Notes: generated by a model from the sequence alone, not told the origin. Shown: positions 19,221 to 28,809, counted from the stretch's first letter. The stretch is DNA of 64,000 nt from Vicinamibacterales bacterium (GCA_963821375.1 CAWGDN010000002.1:808546-872545), one strand, 5' to 3'. Made by a program: numbers and translations.

Positions 19221-20923
19221 ATGTCCTACCAAGTTCTCGCCCGCAAGTGGCGTCCGCAGCAATTCGACGACGTCGTCGGCCAGCCGGCTGTCACGCGTAC
19301 GCTGACGAACGCGATCAAGCTCGGCCGCATCGCGCAGTCGTTCGTGTTTGCCGGTCCGCGCGGCGTCGGCAAGACGACCACGGCGCGCATTCTGGCGCGT
19401 GCGCTGAGCTGCGAGAAAGGGCCGACGCCGACTCCGTGCGGCGTCGTGCGACGCGTGCCGCGAGATCGCCGAAGGGCGCGACATCGACGTGCTCGAGATC
19501 GACGCCGCCACGCACACCGGCATCGACAACGTCCGCGAAGTGATCATCTCCGGGCTGTCGATCATGCCGGTGCGGAACCGCTACAAGGTGTTCATCATCG
19601 ACGAGGTCCATCAGCTCTCGACGCCCTCGTTCAACGCGCTGCTTGAAATCGATCGAGGAGCCGCCGCCGCACGTCGTCTTCATGATGGCGACGACCGAGC
19701 TGGACAAGATTCCCGAGACGGTGCTGTCGCGCTCGCAGGTCTTCGAGTTCAAGACCATCACCAGCCGTCAGATCGCCGATCAGCTGCGGAAGATCGCGGT
19801 CGCCGAGAAAATTGACGCCGACGAGTCGGCGCTGCTGCTCATCGCGCGAGCGGCGGAAGGCAGCATGCGCGACGCGCAGAGCGCCCTCGATCAGGTCATC
19901 GCCTTCGCCGGACACAAGATCGCCGCTGACGATGTGGCGACGGTGCTGGGACTGGTGGGGCGCGACCTGGTACTCGACATCGTGACTGCAGTCGCAGACG
20001 AGACGCCGGCCGCCGCCTTCGAGCTTGCCGGAAACGCTGTCGAGCTTGGCTACGATCTGCGCTCGGTGCTGCGCGAGCTGTCGCGTGTGGTGCGCGATCT
20101 GCTGGTGCTGTCGGTCGATCCCGCACGCATCGACGATCCCGAGATCGCCGCCGAGAGGGAGCGCGATCGCCTGAAGGCGTTGTCGCGCCGCTTCTCGCGC
20201 GAGGATCTTCTCCGGTCGTTCGACGTGCTCGCGAAAGCCGAGTCGGACATGCGCACGGCCGCGCAGCCTCGCTATCACCTCGAGATGGCGCTGCTGCGAT
20301 GGATCCATACGCGGAAGCTCGTGCCGCTCACGGAGCTGCTCGGTGGACTCGGAGAAGGACCGCGGCGGCCCGAAGGTCTGAAGGGCGCGCCAATGACTCC
20401 ACCGGTTGAGCGCCGTGCCACGGCGTTTCGCAGCAGCCGGCTCCCACCCAGCGCCCAAGGTCGCTCCGCCCCCACCTGCCGCGAGGGCCGCAACACCTGC
20501 GCCAGCGACCGCGCCTCCTACGGTTGGACCGGCCAGATCGGCCTCGACGCGTTTCTCGTGGAGATTCGAAAGTCGAAAGCGGCGTTTTACAACACCGTCG
20601 TCGCTCAGGCCCAGAAGATCGAGTTCGGCTCGGATCGCGTGACGTTCAGCTTTCTGCCGACTCACCGTATGCTGCGCGAGCAGCTCGAACAGAATCGCGC
20701 CTGGCTCGAGCAGACGGCCTCGGCCATCGCGAGCAAGCGCGTAACCATCGGCGTGATTCAACTCGAGTCGGCATCGCAGGTCCCGGCAGCAGCTGCGAGC
20801 GCCGCCGAAAGCCCGAGTCCCACACCTGCCGATCTTCGAACGACCGCCATGGCTGACAGCGCCGTCCAGGCGATGCTGGACGTGTTTCCCGCGGAGATCG
20901 AGAACGTCGAGGAAATCGAATGA
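19221..20923 (+). CDS. dnaX: DNA polymerase III subunit gamma/tau; at least two frame breaks (~19446, ~19642)
   Basis: [36 protein letters not shown], then a frame change inside the CGVCDACREI zinc module. [10 protein letters not shown] is in frame 2 and [18 protein letters not shown]...LSRSQ in frame 3. Confidence 0.9.
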
Positions 20924-21210
20924 ACATCAATCAGATGATGAAGCAGGCGCAGCAGATGCAGGAGCGCCTGCAGAAGCAGATGTCCGACCTGCGCGTCGAG
21001 GCCTCGGCGGGCGGCGGGATGGTGACGGTCGTCGTCAACGGCAACAAACAGCTGCAGAGCCTCAAGATCGATCCCGAGGTCGTGTCGAAAGACGACGTCG
21101 AGATGTTGCAGGACTTGATCCTTGCCGCCATCAACGACGCGCACCGCAAGGCTGAGGAAGAGCTCAATCGTCACATGGGTGGCATGATGGGCGGCCTGGG
21201 TATACGCTGA
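20920..21210 (+). CDS. ybaB: YbaB/EbfC nucleoid-associated protein
   Basis: [19 protein letters not shown]...AGGGMVTVVVNGNKQL...LQDLILAAINDA. ATGA overlap with the dnaX stop. Confidence 0.9.
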   Translation: MNINQMMKQAQQMQERLQKQMSDLRVEASAGGGMVTVVVNGNKQLQSLKIDPEVVSKDDVEMLQDLILAAINDAHRKAEEELNRHMGGMMGGLGIR

Positions 21211-21223
21211 GCCAGGCCAATCG

Positions 21224-21373
21224 CCATTGGTAGATTGTCAGATGGTTGGATTGTCAGAATGTTGTCGATTGAGGATGGGCAGATTGAAGATTCATTTGAA
21301 GATTTGTTCGAACTTCTACACTCTTCATTCTTCAAGATTCTAGGAATCTAACCGTCTGACAATCTACCAATGG
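21224..21373. repeat. AT-richer long imperfect hairpin (AGATTGN heptads, TTCGAA apex 21307..21312) between ybaB and recR
   Basis: ccattggtagattgtcagatggttggatt at the left end pairs with aatctaaccgtctgacaatctaccaatgg at the right end. The left arm is longer than the right. Confidence 0.8.
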
Positions 21374-21380
21374 TGAGCTG

Positions 21381-21977
21381 GTGAGCTATCCCGAGCCCTT
21401 AGCACGTCTGGTCGATCAGTTGAAGCGACTGCCCGGCATTGGCGCCAAGAGCGCGCAGCGGCTGGCGTTCCATATTCTTCGCACGCCGCGCGAAGATGCG
21501 GAGCGGTTGATGGACGCGATCCGCGAAGTGAAGGATCGTGTCACGTACTGCACGGTGTGCAACAACACGACCGACGTCGATCCGTGCGTCTACTGCAGAT
21601 CCGAGACCCGCAACCAGCGGCTCATCTGCGTCGTGGAAGAGCCGCAGAATGTCACCGCCGTCGAGAAGACCCGCGACTTCCGAGGCGTCTATCACGTGCT
21701 GATGGGCGCGCTGTCACCGTTGCAGGGCATTGGCCCCGACGAGTTGAAGATCAAGAGCCTTCTCACGCGCGTGGGCCAGGGAGAGATCGACGAGATCATC
21801 CTCGCCACGAATCCGAACGTTGAAGGAGAGGCGACGGCACTCTACCTGGCGCGTCTGCTCAAGCCGCTCGGTGTGAGGGTCACGCGAATCGCGATGGGTG
21901 TGCCGGTCGGAAGCGACCTGGAGTACGCCGACGAAGTGACCATGCACAAAGCCATGGAAGGGCGGAGGGAAGTATAG
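21381..21977 (+). CDS. recR: recombination protein RecR
   Basis: [20 protein letters not shown] (HhH), [16 protein letters not shown] (zinc finger), Toprim region [14 protein letters not shown]. Confidence 0.95.
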   Translation: MSYPEPLARLVDQLKRLPGIGAKSAQRLAFHILRTPREDAERLMDAIREVKDRVTYCTVCNNTTDVDPCVYCRSETRNQRLICVVEEPQNVTAVEKTRDFRGVYHVLMGALSPLQGIGPDELKIKSLLTRVGQGEIDEIILATNPNVEGEATALYLARLLKPLGVRVTRIAMGVPVGSDLEYADEVTMHKAMEGRREV

Positions 21978-21982
21978 TTTCC

Positions 21983-22618
21983 GTGCCGACAGTGATACCT
22001 GCTCCCTACCAGCTGCCTGCGCTCACGGTGCTCGTGCTCGGCGGCGTCATTGCCTGGGCCGCTGGCTATCGGCTGTTCCGACTCGTGCTCACACTGTTCG
22101 GGTTCTACATCGGCGCACTCGCCGCCACCGCCGTACTCGGGCCTGGCGATCGCACGATGCTGATCTTTGCGGCCATCGGCGGCGGCGCGATAGGCGCGCT
22201 CATCATGTTTTTTGGCTACTTCGTCGGCGTCGCGCTTGTGGGAGCCGGTGTCGCGGCATTGGCCGTGCATATGATCTGGAGCCGCATCGGCACCGATCCG
22301 CATGCCTTCGTCGTCATTCTGGCGGCGGTGGCGGGGGCCGCCGGCGCCATGGCGCTGCAACGCTACGTGATTATCATCGCGACGGCATTTGCCGGAGGAT
22401 GGACGATCGTGTGGGGTGCAAGGAACTTTCTGGATCAAGGTACCGAAGCCGCCAGACGTGCGCCCGTGTGGATGGTGTACCCGCTCGATTTCTCTCCGGA
22501 TCGCTTCTGGGTGCTGGCCGCGTGGATGGCGGTCGGCATACTCGGCGTGTTTGTTCAGCTTCGGTTCACCGGGCGGATGGCGCCGTTGCGCAGCAAGCCC
22601 GCCAAACCCAGCAGCTGA
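21983..22618 (+). CDS. integral membrane protein (DUF4203-like, multiple Gly/Ala-rich TM helices)
   Basis: 211-aa ORF with 6-7 hydrophobic segments. No catalytic motif recognised. Confidence 0.55.
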   Translation: MPTVIPAPYQLPALTVLVLGGVIAWAAGYRLFRLVLTLFGFYIGALAATAVLGPGDRTMLIFAAIGGGAIGALIMFFGYFVGVALVGAGVAALAVHMIWSRIGTDPHAFVVILAAVAGAAGAMALQRYVIIIATAFAGGWTIVWGARNFLDQGTEAARRAPVWMVYPLDFSPDRFWVLAAWMAVGILGVFVQLRFTGRMAPLRSKPAKPSS

Positions 22619-22657
22619 AGAGAAGTCTCGCACGATTACTCAACATGGAGGATTCCG

Positions 22658-23098
22658 ATGGCAACGTTCGAACGCAGCGTGACGACAGATTGGCAGGGCG
22701 GATTGATGGACGGCAGCGGCGTGGCAAAGGCGGGGACCGGTGCGTTCTCACTGCCGGTGACATTCCCGAATCGAATCGGCGAGCCGGCCGGGAAGACGAG
22801 CCCCGAGGAGCTGATGGCGGCCGCGCACGCGGCTTGCTTCGCGATGGCCATGAACGCGGCGCTGGGAAAGCGCGGCGGCAAAGCGGCGAAGACGCACGTC
22901 ACCGCGACCGTTTCGGCCGATAAGAGTGACGCAGGAATCAAGATCGTGTCGTCGAAGCTCAAGGTCGTCGTCGAAGGGTTGGAAGGGATGTCGCCGGCTG
23001 AGTTTTCCACGTTTGTCAAGGAAGCCGACAAGGGCTGCCCGGTGTCGAACGCGTATCGCGGGACGATGCAAATTGAAGTTGAGGGAAAAGCGCAGTAG
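22658..23098 (+). CDS. OsmC-family peroxiredoxin
   Basis: TSPEELMAAAHAACFAMA and DKGCPVSNA are the two conserved Cys contexts. 146 aa. Confidence 0.85.
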   Translation: MATFERSVTTDWQGGLMDGSGVAKAGTGAFSLPVTFPNRIGEPAGKTSPEELMAAAHAACFAMAMNAALGKRGGKAAKTHVTATVSADKSDAGIKIVSSKLKVVVEGLEGMSPAEFSTFVKEADKGCPVSNAYRGTMQIEVEGKAQ

Positions 23099-23117
23099 GG
23101 GTTGGGGGAGGAATGAC

Positions 23118-23801
23118 ATGCCACAGATGATTCGGCTCGCGGTGGTTTCGTGGGTTCTCGCGTTGACGCTCGCGTGCGGGGCGCCCGGCGAACAAGCCGC
23201 CCCTGGATCTGGAGCGGCAGGTACAGCCGATGCGCCGGCCAAATCAGCTGCGGCGCCGGCCGCACCGGCTGCGCCTGTGATGATGATGATGGATGTGCCG
23301 TCCGGCACTGAGCTGAGCCTCATTCTGGAAACGGCCGTGTCGTCGGAAACCTCCACGCCTGATCAACCGGTGCGCGCGCGTGTCGCCAAGCCGGTCGTTC
23401 TTTATGGCATGACGGCGATTCCCGAAGGCGCGCCAGTGACAGGCAGCGTCGTGGCGGCCGAGCGCTCTGGCCGCGTCAAGGGGCTGGCGTCGGTGGCGAT
23501 TCGCTTCAACAGCGTCACGGTGGCGAATACCCCTTACACGATCAACACGTCGCGCATCGTCCGCGAGGCGGAAGCGACGAAAGGATCGGACGCAAAGAAG
23601 ATCGGCATCGGTGCGGGTGTTGGCGCCGCCATCGGGGCGATCGCCGGGGGAGGAGACGGCGCGGCGATTGGCGCCGGCGTCGGCGGCGCGGCCGGCACGG
23701 GCGCCGTGCTCGCGACACGCGGGAAGGAAGTGAGCATTCCAGCGGGCACGACGATCAGGACGACGATTCAGGAGGCGGTGAAGATCAACGCGCCGATGTA
23801 G
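23118..23801 (+). CDS. lipoprotein with a C-terminal glycine-zipper segment
   Basis: MPQMIRLAVVSWVLALTLACG lipobox, GAGVGAAIGAIAGGGDGAAIGAGVGGAAGTG near the C-terminus, and a GGGGGAGG RBS upstream of ATG 23118. Confidence 0.6.
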   Translation: MPQMIRLAVVSWVLALTLACGAPGEQAAPGSGAAGTADAPAKSAAAPAAPAAPVMMMMDVPSGTELSLILETAVSSETSTPDQPVRARVAKPVVLYGMTAIPEGAPVTGSVVAAERSGRVKGLASVAIRFNSVTVANTPYTINTSRIVREAEATKGSDAKKIGIGAGVGAAIGAIAGGGDGAAIGAGVGGAAGTGAVLATRGKEVSIPAGTTIRTTIQEAVKINAPM

Positions 23802-23806
23802 AAAAG

Positions 23807-23889
23807 CAGGGGCGAGGGGTAAGCGGCAAGGGGCAAGCGGCGTTCCTCGTTACCCCTTACCCCTTACCCCTTATCCCTTACCCCTACTG
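23807..23889. repeat. hairpin of GGGGTAA/TTACCCC heptads between convergent genes
   Basis: caggggcgaggggtaagcggcaaggggcaagcgg ... taccccttaccccttaccccttatcccttacccctactg. Flanked by TAG 23799-23801 and overlapping CTA 23884-23886. Confidence 0.8.
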
Positions 23890-24270
23890 TGCGGGCTTGG
23901 GGAGTCGCTCCGGATAGAAGGTGTACGCGCGGCCGTTGATGGTCGCGCGCACCGCCTTCATGAGTTTCTCGCCCTCACGGTTGGACCGGTTGCCCAGAAT
24001 GACGACGGTGTCTCCCACCTTCGCCGAGCCTTCAACAAAGCCCGCCGCTTGCGTCTGGTTGGGATTTCCAAAGTCCACGGTCCATGGGCCGTCAGCGGTC
24101 TCGATCTGAATCTGGGGATGCGGGGGGCCGATGTAGATCTTGGTGATTTTCCCCGTCATTTCCGTCTGATTCGGATCTGTCCACGTCCAGCCGTGATGCG
24201 CCATGACGCCGGTTGTCAGGAGGCCGACGGTGATGATGCCAACCAAGCCGAGGATCGCTCTTGAAGCCAT
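23884..24270 (-). CDS. small secreted/membrane-anchored protein (DUF6152-like)
   Basis: MASRAILGLVGIITVGLLTTGVMAHHGW... Start moved to ATG 24270, which has an AGGAGGG RBS. Confidence 0.55.
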   Translation of the reverse strand: MASRAILGLVGIITVGLLTTGVMAHHGWTWTDPNQTEMTGKITKIYIGPPHPQIQIETADGPWTVDFGNPNQTQAAGFVEGSAKVGDTVVILGNRSNREGEKLMKAVRATINGRAYTFYPERLPKPAQ

Positions 24271-24385
24271 GTTTACCCTCCTTCTAAAGGATACGACGCG
24301 TCTGAGGGAACGTTGACCACATTCCGCCCGCCACATACAATGAGGGGTTCCTTCCGAGCGCCGAGCGGCGCTCAGTGCTCCGTGT

Positions 24386-24460
24386 TCCTCAGTAGCTCAA
24401 CGGCAGAGCATCCGGCTGTTAACCGGAGGGTTGCTGGTTCGAATCCAGCCTGAGGAGCCA
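24386..24460 (+). tRNA. tRNA-Asn (anticodon GUU)
   Basis: Cloverleaf read by hand: acceptor TCCTCAG/CTGAGGA, D stem GCTC/GAGC, anticodon stem TCCGG/CCGGA with loop CTGTTAA, T stem GCTGG/CCAGC with loop TTCGAAT, 3' GCCA. Confidence 0.95.
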
Positions 24461-24468
24461 ATTTTTCC

Positions 24469-25762
24469 AGGTCCATTCCGGACACATGGGTAACAGTTCA
24501 TTCCGGGGACATAGGTAACACTTTCGGGCCGAAGGGATTTTCGATCGGTTCCAGCCGGCACGTCTCATCATCAAAATACCCCAAGTCGTATTGCATGAAG
24601 GTGACGAGCCAGATGCGCTCGCCCACTTGGGTCACGCCGACGTTCTGCCCCGCGAAGGCGTGACTCAGATTGACCTTCTGCCCCTTGAAGCAGATCCGGC
24701 CGCAGTGCGTCACGGTAATGGTCGTATCGTGGAACGGATACGTGAGCTCCTCGAGGCCGCGATAGATGCGGGGAGAGGGGGCATAGATGTCGGCGGGGAC
24801 TTTCATATCTAACGCCTGGTGCGGCCGCTCGTGGTTGTACTCCTCGAGAAACGCATCGAAGCGGGCTTGCTGTTGCAGCGTGTTGGGGGCGGCAGGCTTG
24901 GTGGCTTCCTTCTTCAGCGTCAGATGCATTCGCTCGTGCCGGCCATTCTGTTGCGGGTGCCCCGGGGCGATGCGCTCGAGGTGAATGCCCAAGCGCAGCC
25001 ACCAGACCGCGAGTCTGCTGAGGCGATAAAGCGCCGTCGGCGACGCAAACGGCACGCCGTTGTCGGTCCGAATGGCGAGCGGCAGCCCAAATTCTTGGAA
25101 GGCCCGATCGAAGACCGTAAAGGCCAAGGTCGCTTGCGTCGAGCAGAGGGCGTCGCAGGCGAGGAGATACCGGCTGGCAAAATCGGTGATGGTCAGCGGG
25201 TAGCAGTACTGGCGGTTGCCGAGGCGAAATTCCCCTTTGTAGTCGGCACACCAGAGCGCATTGGGATCGGTCGGCCGCGAAAGGAATGTCGCCGCGCTGC
25301 TGTGGTGCCGTCGCCGACGGCGTTTCACCAACCCATGACGATCGAGCACCGCGTGGACCGTGCTGATGGCGGGCAGCTGCAGCCCCGTCGTCTGCTGCCG
25401 CAGCTTTTCCCGGATCTTCGGCGCCCCCCAGCCGGGATACTCCCGCTTCAACCGCACGATCGTCGCCTCGACCGGCGGCGGCAAGCGGTTGGCCTGGCGA
25501 TACGGGCGTCGACTGCGATCCGTGAATGCCTGCCCGCCGCAGTCTTTGTAGCGCTCGAAGATCTTGTAGCCGGTCTTCCGTGAAATCCCGAACTCGGCGC
25601 ACAGGGGCGCCATCTTTTCGCCCTCCAGCCGGCGGGCGACAAACCGGAGCCGCTCGTCCATGGTGTGACACTCCTTCCAAGGCATGCCCCCTCCTCTGAA
25701 GGGGCCAAAGTGTCACCTATGTGTCCGGAATACGGTGTTACCTATCTCTCAGGAAGGACACC
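24469..25762 (-). mobile_element. IS481-family insertion sequence (boundaries approximate)
   Basis: A single DDE transposase gene is flanked by inverted ends. The left end has ttcattccggggacataggtaacacttt; the right end has aaagtgtcacctatgtgtccggaata. Each end has a second, outer ggacac...taggtaacac-like copy. No clear target-site duplication was seen. Confidence 0.7.
24498..25685 (-). CDS. IS481-family transposase (HTH + rve/DDE integrase core)
   Basis: MDERLRFVARRLEGEKMAPLCAEFGISRKTGYKIFERY (HTH), WCADYKGEF, AIRTDNGVPF, NHERPHQAL. Confidence 0.85.
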   Translation of the reverse strand: MPWKECHTMDERLRFVARRLEGEKMAPLCAEFGISRKTGYKIFERYKDCGGQAFTDRSRRPYRQANRLPPPVEATIVRLKREYPGWGAPKIREKLRQQTTGLQLPAISTVHAVLDRHGLVKRRRRRHHSSAATFLSRPTDPNALWCADYKGEFRLGNRQYCYPLTITDFASRYLLACDALCSTQATLAFTVFDRAFQEFGLPLAIRTDNGVPFASPTALYRLSRLAVWWLRLGIHLERIAPGHPQQNGRHERMHLTLKKEATKPAAPNTLQQQARFDAFLEEYNHERPHQALDMKVPADIYAPSPRIYRGLEELTYPFHDTTITVTHCGRICFKGQKVNLSHAFAGQNVGVTQVGERIWLVTFMQYDLGYFDDETCRLEPIENPFGPKVLPMSPE

Positions 25763-25861
25763 AAATCAACAACTTATAAAACCGGCCATTTGCAGTATCG
25801 AACTTCCACAGGCTAAGTGATTGATTCAATGCCTGTCCCTGCTTCTTGGTGACCCTCATCC

Positions 25862-26340
25862 CTAACCGAACGTGAACGCGAACGTTTCCTCGCCAGCATC
25901 GACGACCGGATTGCGCGCGTCATCGTCGGCCGGGGCAAGCGCGCGTCCCATTACCGGGGCGATACCGGCGACCTGAAAGGAGTTGCCCGTGACCAGCGTG
26001 CCCTCCATCGTCCGGCCATTGACGCGAACGTCGATGTTGCCCACCGCGGCGTAGGCGCCGGTGAAGACGCGCGTCTCTTTGCGCAACGCCTCGAACTGAG
26101 GGCGCCTGAACTGCCACTGGTTTCCATTCTCCAGTCGCTTCACCACCCAATACATCTCGTTCACGGCGGGTACCGCATCCACGCGGAACACGAACGAGTT
26201 GAGGACCGTGAACAGCACGCTATGACGCCGAGCCCGACCACGACCCTGCCGACGATCGTGAGGGCAGTCAGCGGTGCGCGCCTGAAGAAGCGCAGAGCAA
26301 AGCGGGCGTCGCGCGAGGTGGAGTCGTGGTCATGTTTGTC
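25862..26340 (-). pseudogene. N-terminal fragment of an ADOP/FtsX-type (MacB-like) ABC permease, truncated and frame-shifted
   Basis: DARFALRFFRRAPLTALTIVGRVVVGLGVIA is in one frame and VLFTVLNSFVFRVDAVPAVNEMYWV... in the next. It stops after ~160 aa, whereas such permeases are several-fold longer. Confidence 0.5.
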
Positions 26341-26380
26341 GTACCCGTCATGACGGAATCCTATAGACTCCGGCTCACTT

Positions 26381-27931
26381 ATGAGAATCGCATCGTCCGG
26401 CCTGCATTCTGACGGCTTGGGGAACACGATGCTGGTAACCCAAGGGCTCTCGGGATATACGTTGGTCGCCAACAAGAAGATTCTGTTCCGACTGTTTGTC
26501 GATCTGACCGGAGCCGAGTCGCTCAGCGTCGTGGCGATCATCACCCACCGCGCATGGGGGCTGAAGATCCGGAAAGTCATTGCGGTGCCCTGCGACCAGG
26601 TCATCGTGGAGCGGACTGGCCCGAATGGCCCGAGCGTGGGCGTCATCTTCAGCGGCGCCGTGTTTCCCGTGCCGTCGCCGCCGTTTCGCTGTGAGGTACA
26701 GTTCGCCGTGGTCGGTCTGGGACCGTTGCCTCGGCTGTTCATGATCAGCGACCTGCAGTTCCGGATGCCGGGACGTCTCCGCCTCCTCATCCACAATCTC
26801 GTGGGCACCGCGCCGTGGGGCACGAACATCCAGCCGGACTTCTCGTGGCTGATCAACATGTTCCATTCGTTAGAACGTTTCTCCGCGATGCTGCCTGTCA
26901 GCGACGGTCTCAAATTCGGCCTGACTCACGACGACGCGGGGCTTTGCTTCTTATACGGAGAGAACATCGAGGCCTGGCCGCAGACATGCCCTTCTGGAGT
27001 CGGACCTCCGTGCCCCCAGGCGGATATTCTCGATCTCAATTTGGCCGAAACCAGACAGATCAACGCCAGCGGGACGATCGAACGAGTCGATGCGACGGTA
27101 AGTTGGAGGCCGTGGGACCCCATGTTCCCAGCGGCCAACGGGGAAGGCGTCGGAGGCACCGCGTTTTTCTTGGACGTCCCTCCTGGAACAGGGCTCGCCG
27201 CAGTCGTCGGCGGCGTCAGGGGTGGAAGGGATCACACGGCCGGCATCATGGCTCAGGAGGTCGGGCACCTCTTCGGCCTCGAGCCGCCGGAGTCTCCCCA
27301 TTTTGACGGCGACGCGCACTCGAAGGACCAAGCGCTCGGCGATCCGTTCGCGTTCGACTTCTACCTTCTCAAGCCGTACGCGCCGCCACCCAACCAGGCG
27401 CTCGGCGACGTCATGTCGGGCGGGTGGGGGCAGGGGCGGGACTTGGTGCTTTATAACGCGTTCGACTGGGAGTTCCTACGTAACCGACTCGCGGCATTGT
27501 GGGCGCCGTCGACGCGGATGGGTTCGGCGAGAAGGCCGTCCGCAAAGCAACGAAGAGTCCTCGCCAGCAGCTTGCGAACGAGATTCGACGACGAGGCCAG
27601 CGTCGATGTGCGACGTCCTCAGAAGTCGCTCCCGCATGACCGAGGAAATGTCTGGCAGTGGACATGCTCTGGATTTCAATCAGTGCGATCGACCCGGACG
27701 AAGGGAGGGAAGTCGGGGTTGGGCCCCAGCGCAGAGGGCTTCCTGGAATGCCTCGCCGACCTTGGCGTCGACGAGGTGCACGCTCCGATCGGCGGTCGCC
27801 CCTTGAGCGTCGTGGTCAGTCCCGAGGGCCGTCGCTCGCTCCACTCGTCGGAGTTCCACGCATTCGAGTTTGCGAAAGCGGAGCCTGTTCGGCGGGCAAA
27901 ACGAAAGCGTGCCGCGCGCGATCGGAGATGA
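26381..27931 (+). CDS. large hypothetical protein with a degenerate metzincin-like motif (QEVGHLFGLE)
   Basis: 516-aa ORF, visibly lower GC than its neighbours. GIMAQEVGHLFGLEPPESPH resembles HExxHxxGxxH but lacks the first and third His. Confidence 0.5.
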   Translation: MRIASSGLHSDGLGNTMLVTQGLSGYTLVANKKILFRLFVDLTGAESLSVVAIITHRAWGLKIRKVIAVPCDQVIVERTGPNGPSVGVIFSGAVFPVPSPPFRCEVQFAVVGLGPLPRLFMISDLQFRMPGRLRLLIHNLVGTAPWGTNIQPDFSWLINMFHSLERFSAMLPVSDGLKFGLTHDDAGLCFLYGENIEAWPQTCPSGVGPPCPQADILDLNLAETRQINASGTIERVDATVSWRPWDPMFPAANGEGVGGTAFFLDVPPGTGLAAVVGGVRGGRDHTAGIMAQEVGHLFGLEPPESPHFDGDAHSKDQALGDPFAFDFYLLKPYAPPPNQALGDVMSGGWGQGRDLVLYNAFDWEFLRNRLAALWAPSTRMGSARRPSAKQRRVLASSLRTRFDDEASVDVRRPQKSLPHDRGNVWQWTCSGFQSVRSTRTKGGKSGLGPSAEGFLECLADLGVDEVHAPIGGRPLSVVVSPEGRRSLHSSEFHAFEFAKAEPVRRAKRKRAARDRR

Positions 27932-28206
27932 GAAGTTCGTCGCCGCTCAGCGCGAGCGAGTGAGACTGTAGAGGAGTTCGAGGGGCGAAGCCCCTCGATA
28001 ACGCTCGCGGCTGTTATCGAAACCTTCCGTCTGGAGCCTGGCGGGGTTGGCAGGCGCACCAATCCGCGGGGAGGGAAGACTGGACGAGCCGCTGGCCGTC
28101 AGGTCCAAGACCAAGCGCCACCGGATCCTCGAAAATAGGCCTGTTTACGCAGCTTCTCGGATGAGCCAGTCGCGGAAATCGTCCAGTGCGGCGAGCCAAT
28201 CTTCCT

Positions 28207-28235
28207 AGGTCCATTCCGGACACATGGGTGACACC
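28207..28235. repeat. solo copy of the IS outer-end motif
   Basis: aggtccattccggacacatgggtgacacc versus aggtccattccggacacatgggtaacag at 24469-24496. Confidence 0.5.
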
Positions 28236-28242
28236 TACACCC

Positions 28243-28809
28243 CTACTTGATGATCCAGAGATAGATGTTGCGTCCCTGGACCTGGACTGTCTGATCCGGC
28301 GGCCACTTGTCGCCCATGCTGAAGGTCTGTGACACGACGCGCGATCCAGGCTTCAGCTCCTTCTGCAGTTTCGGCATCAGCTTTTCGTTCAACGACTGCA
28401 GCAGATACAGCGTGACGACGCTGGCTTCGCCAATCGGCGTCGTGAACAGATCCTGGTTCAGGAATCGCACGCGGTTGCCGACGCCCGCCTTCTTGAGGTT
28501 TTCATTGGCCTCCTTGATTCGTTGTGGATCGATGTCGATCCCTGTGGCCGATCGGGCCTTGAACGTTTGCACGGCCGCGATCGGGATGCGGCCATCGCCG
28601 GATCCGAGATCGTAGACGACGTCGTTCGGACCGACCTTGGCAAGCTTGAGCATGGCCTCGACCGCTTCAGGAGGTGTGGGAACAAAGATGACGTCAGGCG
28701 ACCGTAGTGCCGGGGCCTGTGCGGTCGCCTGGCCGCTCGCCGCGCTGGCGGCGGCAACGACACACAACAGGACCGCCGGAGCAGTCAATCGGAACCGAAT
28801 GGCGCTCAT
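28243..28809 (-). CDS. class I SAM-dependent methyltransferase with signal peptide
   Basis: Signal MSAIRFRLTAPAVLLCVVAAASAASG. Motif I is VVYDLGSGDGRI. Confidence 0.8.
   Translation of the reverse strand: MSAIRFRLTAPAVLLCVVAAASAASGQATAQAPALRSPDVIFVPTPPEAVEAMLKLAKVGPNDVVYDLGSGDGRIPIAAVQTFKARSATGIDIDPQRIKEANENLKKAGVGNRVRFLNQDLFTTPIGEASVVTLYLLQSLNEKLMPKLQKELKPGSRVVSQTFSMGDKWPPDQTVQVQGRNIYLWIIK

Noticed and set aside
19440-19650. dnaX frame changes as programmed tau/gamma frameshifting
   Set aside because: Both changes lie inside the N-terminal ATPase/zinc module rather than after domain III. No slippery A-rich heptamer is present, and following either alternative frame destroys conserved motifs.
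19631-20761. 376-aa minus-strand ORF
   Set aside because: It is antisense to dnaX and has no recognisable features.
23851-23884. CCCTTAC/GGGGTAA repeats as telomere-like sequence
   Set aside because: They are internal, short, paired with their own complement as a hairpin, and belong to the wider heptad-palindrome family that uses other words.
12961-23889. Gene-end palindromes as integron attC sites / a cassette array
   Set aside because: No RYYYAAC/GTTRRRY core sites and no intI are present. The flanked genes (guaA, dnaX operon) are housekeeping genes in mixed orientations.
15937-23889. Calling the hairpins canonical Rho-independent terminators
   Set aside because: The stems are far longer than typical and no U/T tract follows on either strand. 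A function in termination remains possible, but it cannot be asserted from sequence.
24571-25716. 381-aa ORF overlapping the transposase in another frame
   Set aside because: There is no sign of a two-ORF frameshifted transposase. The 395-aa frame alone contains both the HTH and the complete DDE core.
27979-27999. GC-rich stem-loop tcgagggg-cgaag-cccctcga after the 516-aa ORF as a terminator
   Set aside because: The stem is clear, but it lies 48 nt past the stop and has no T tract, so it was not annotated as a feature.
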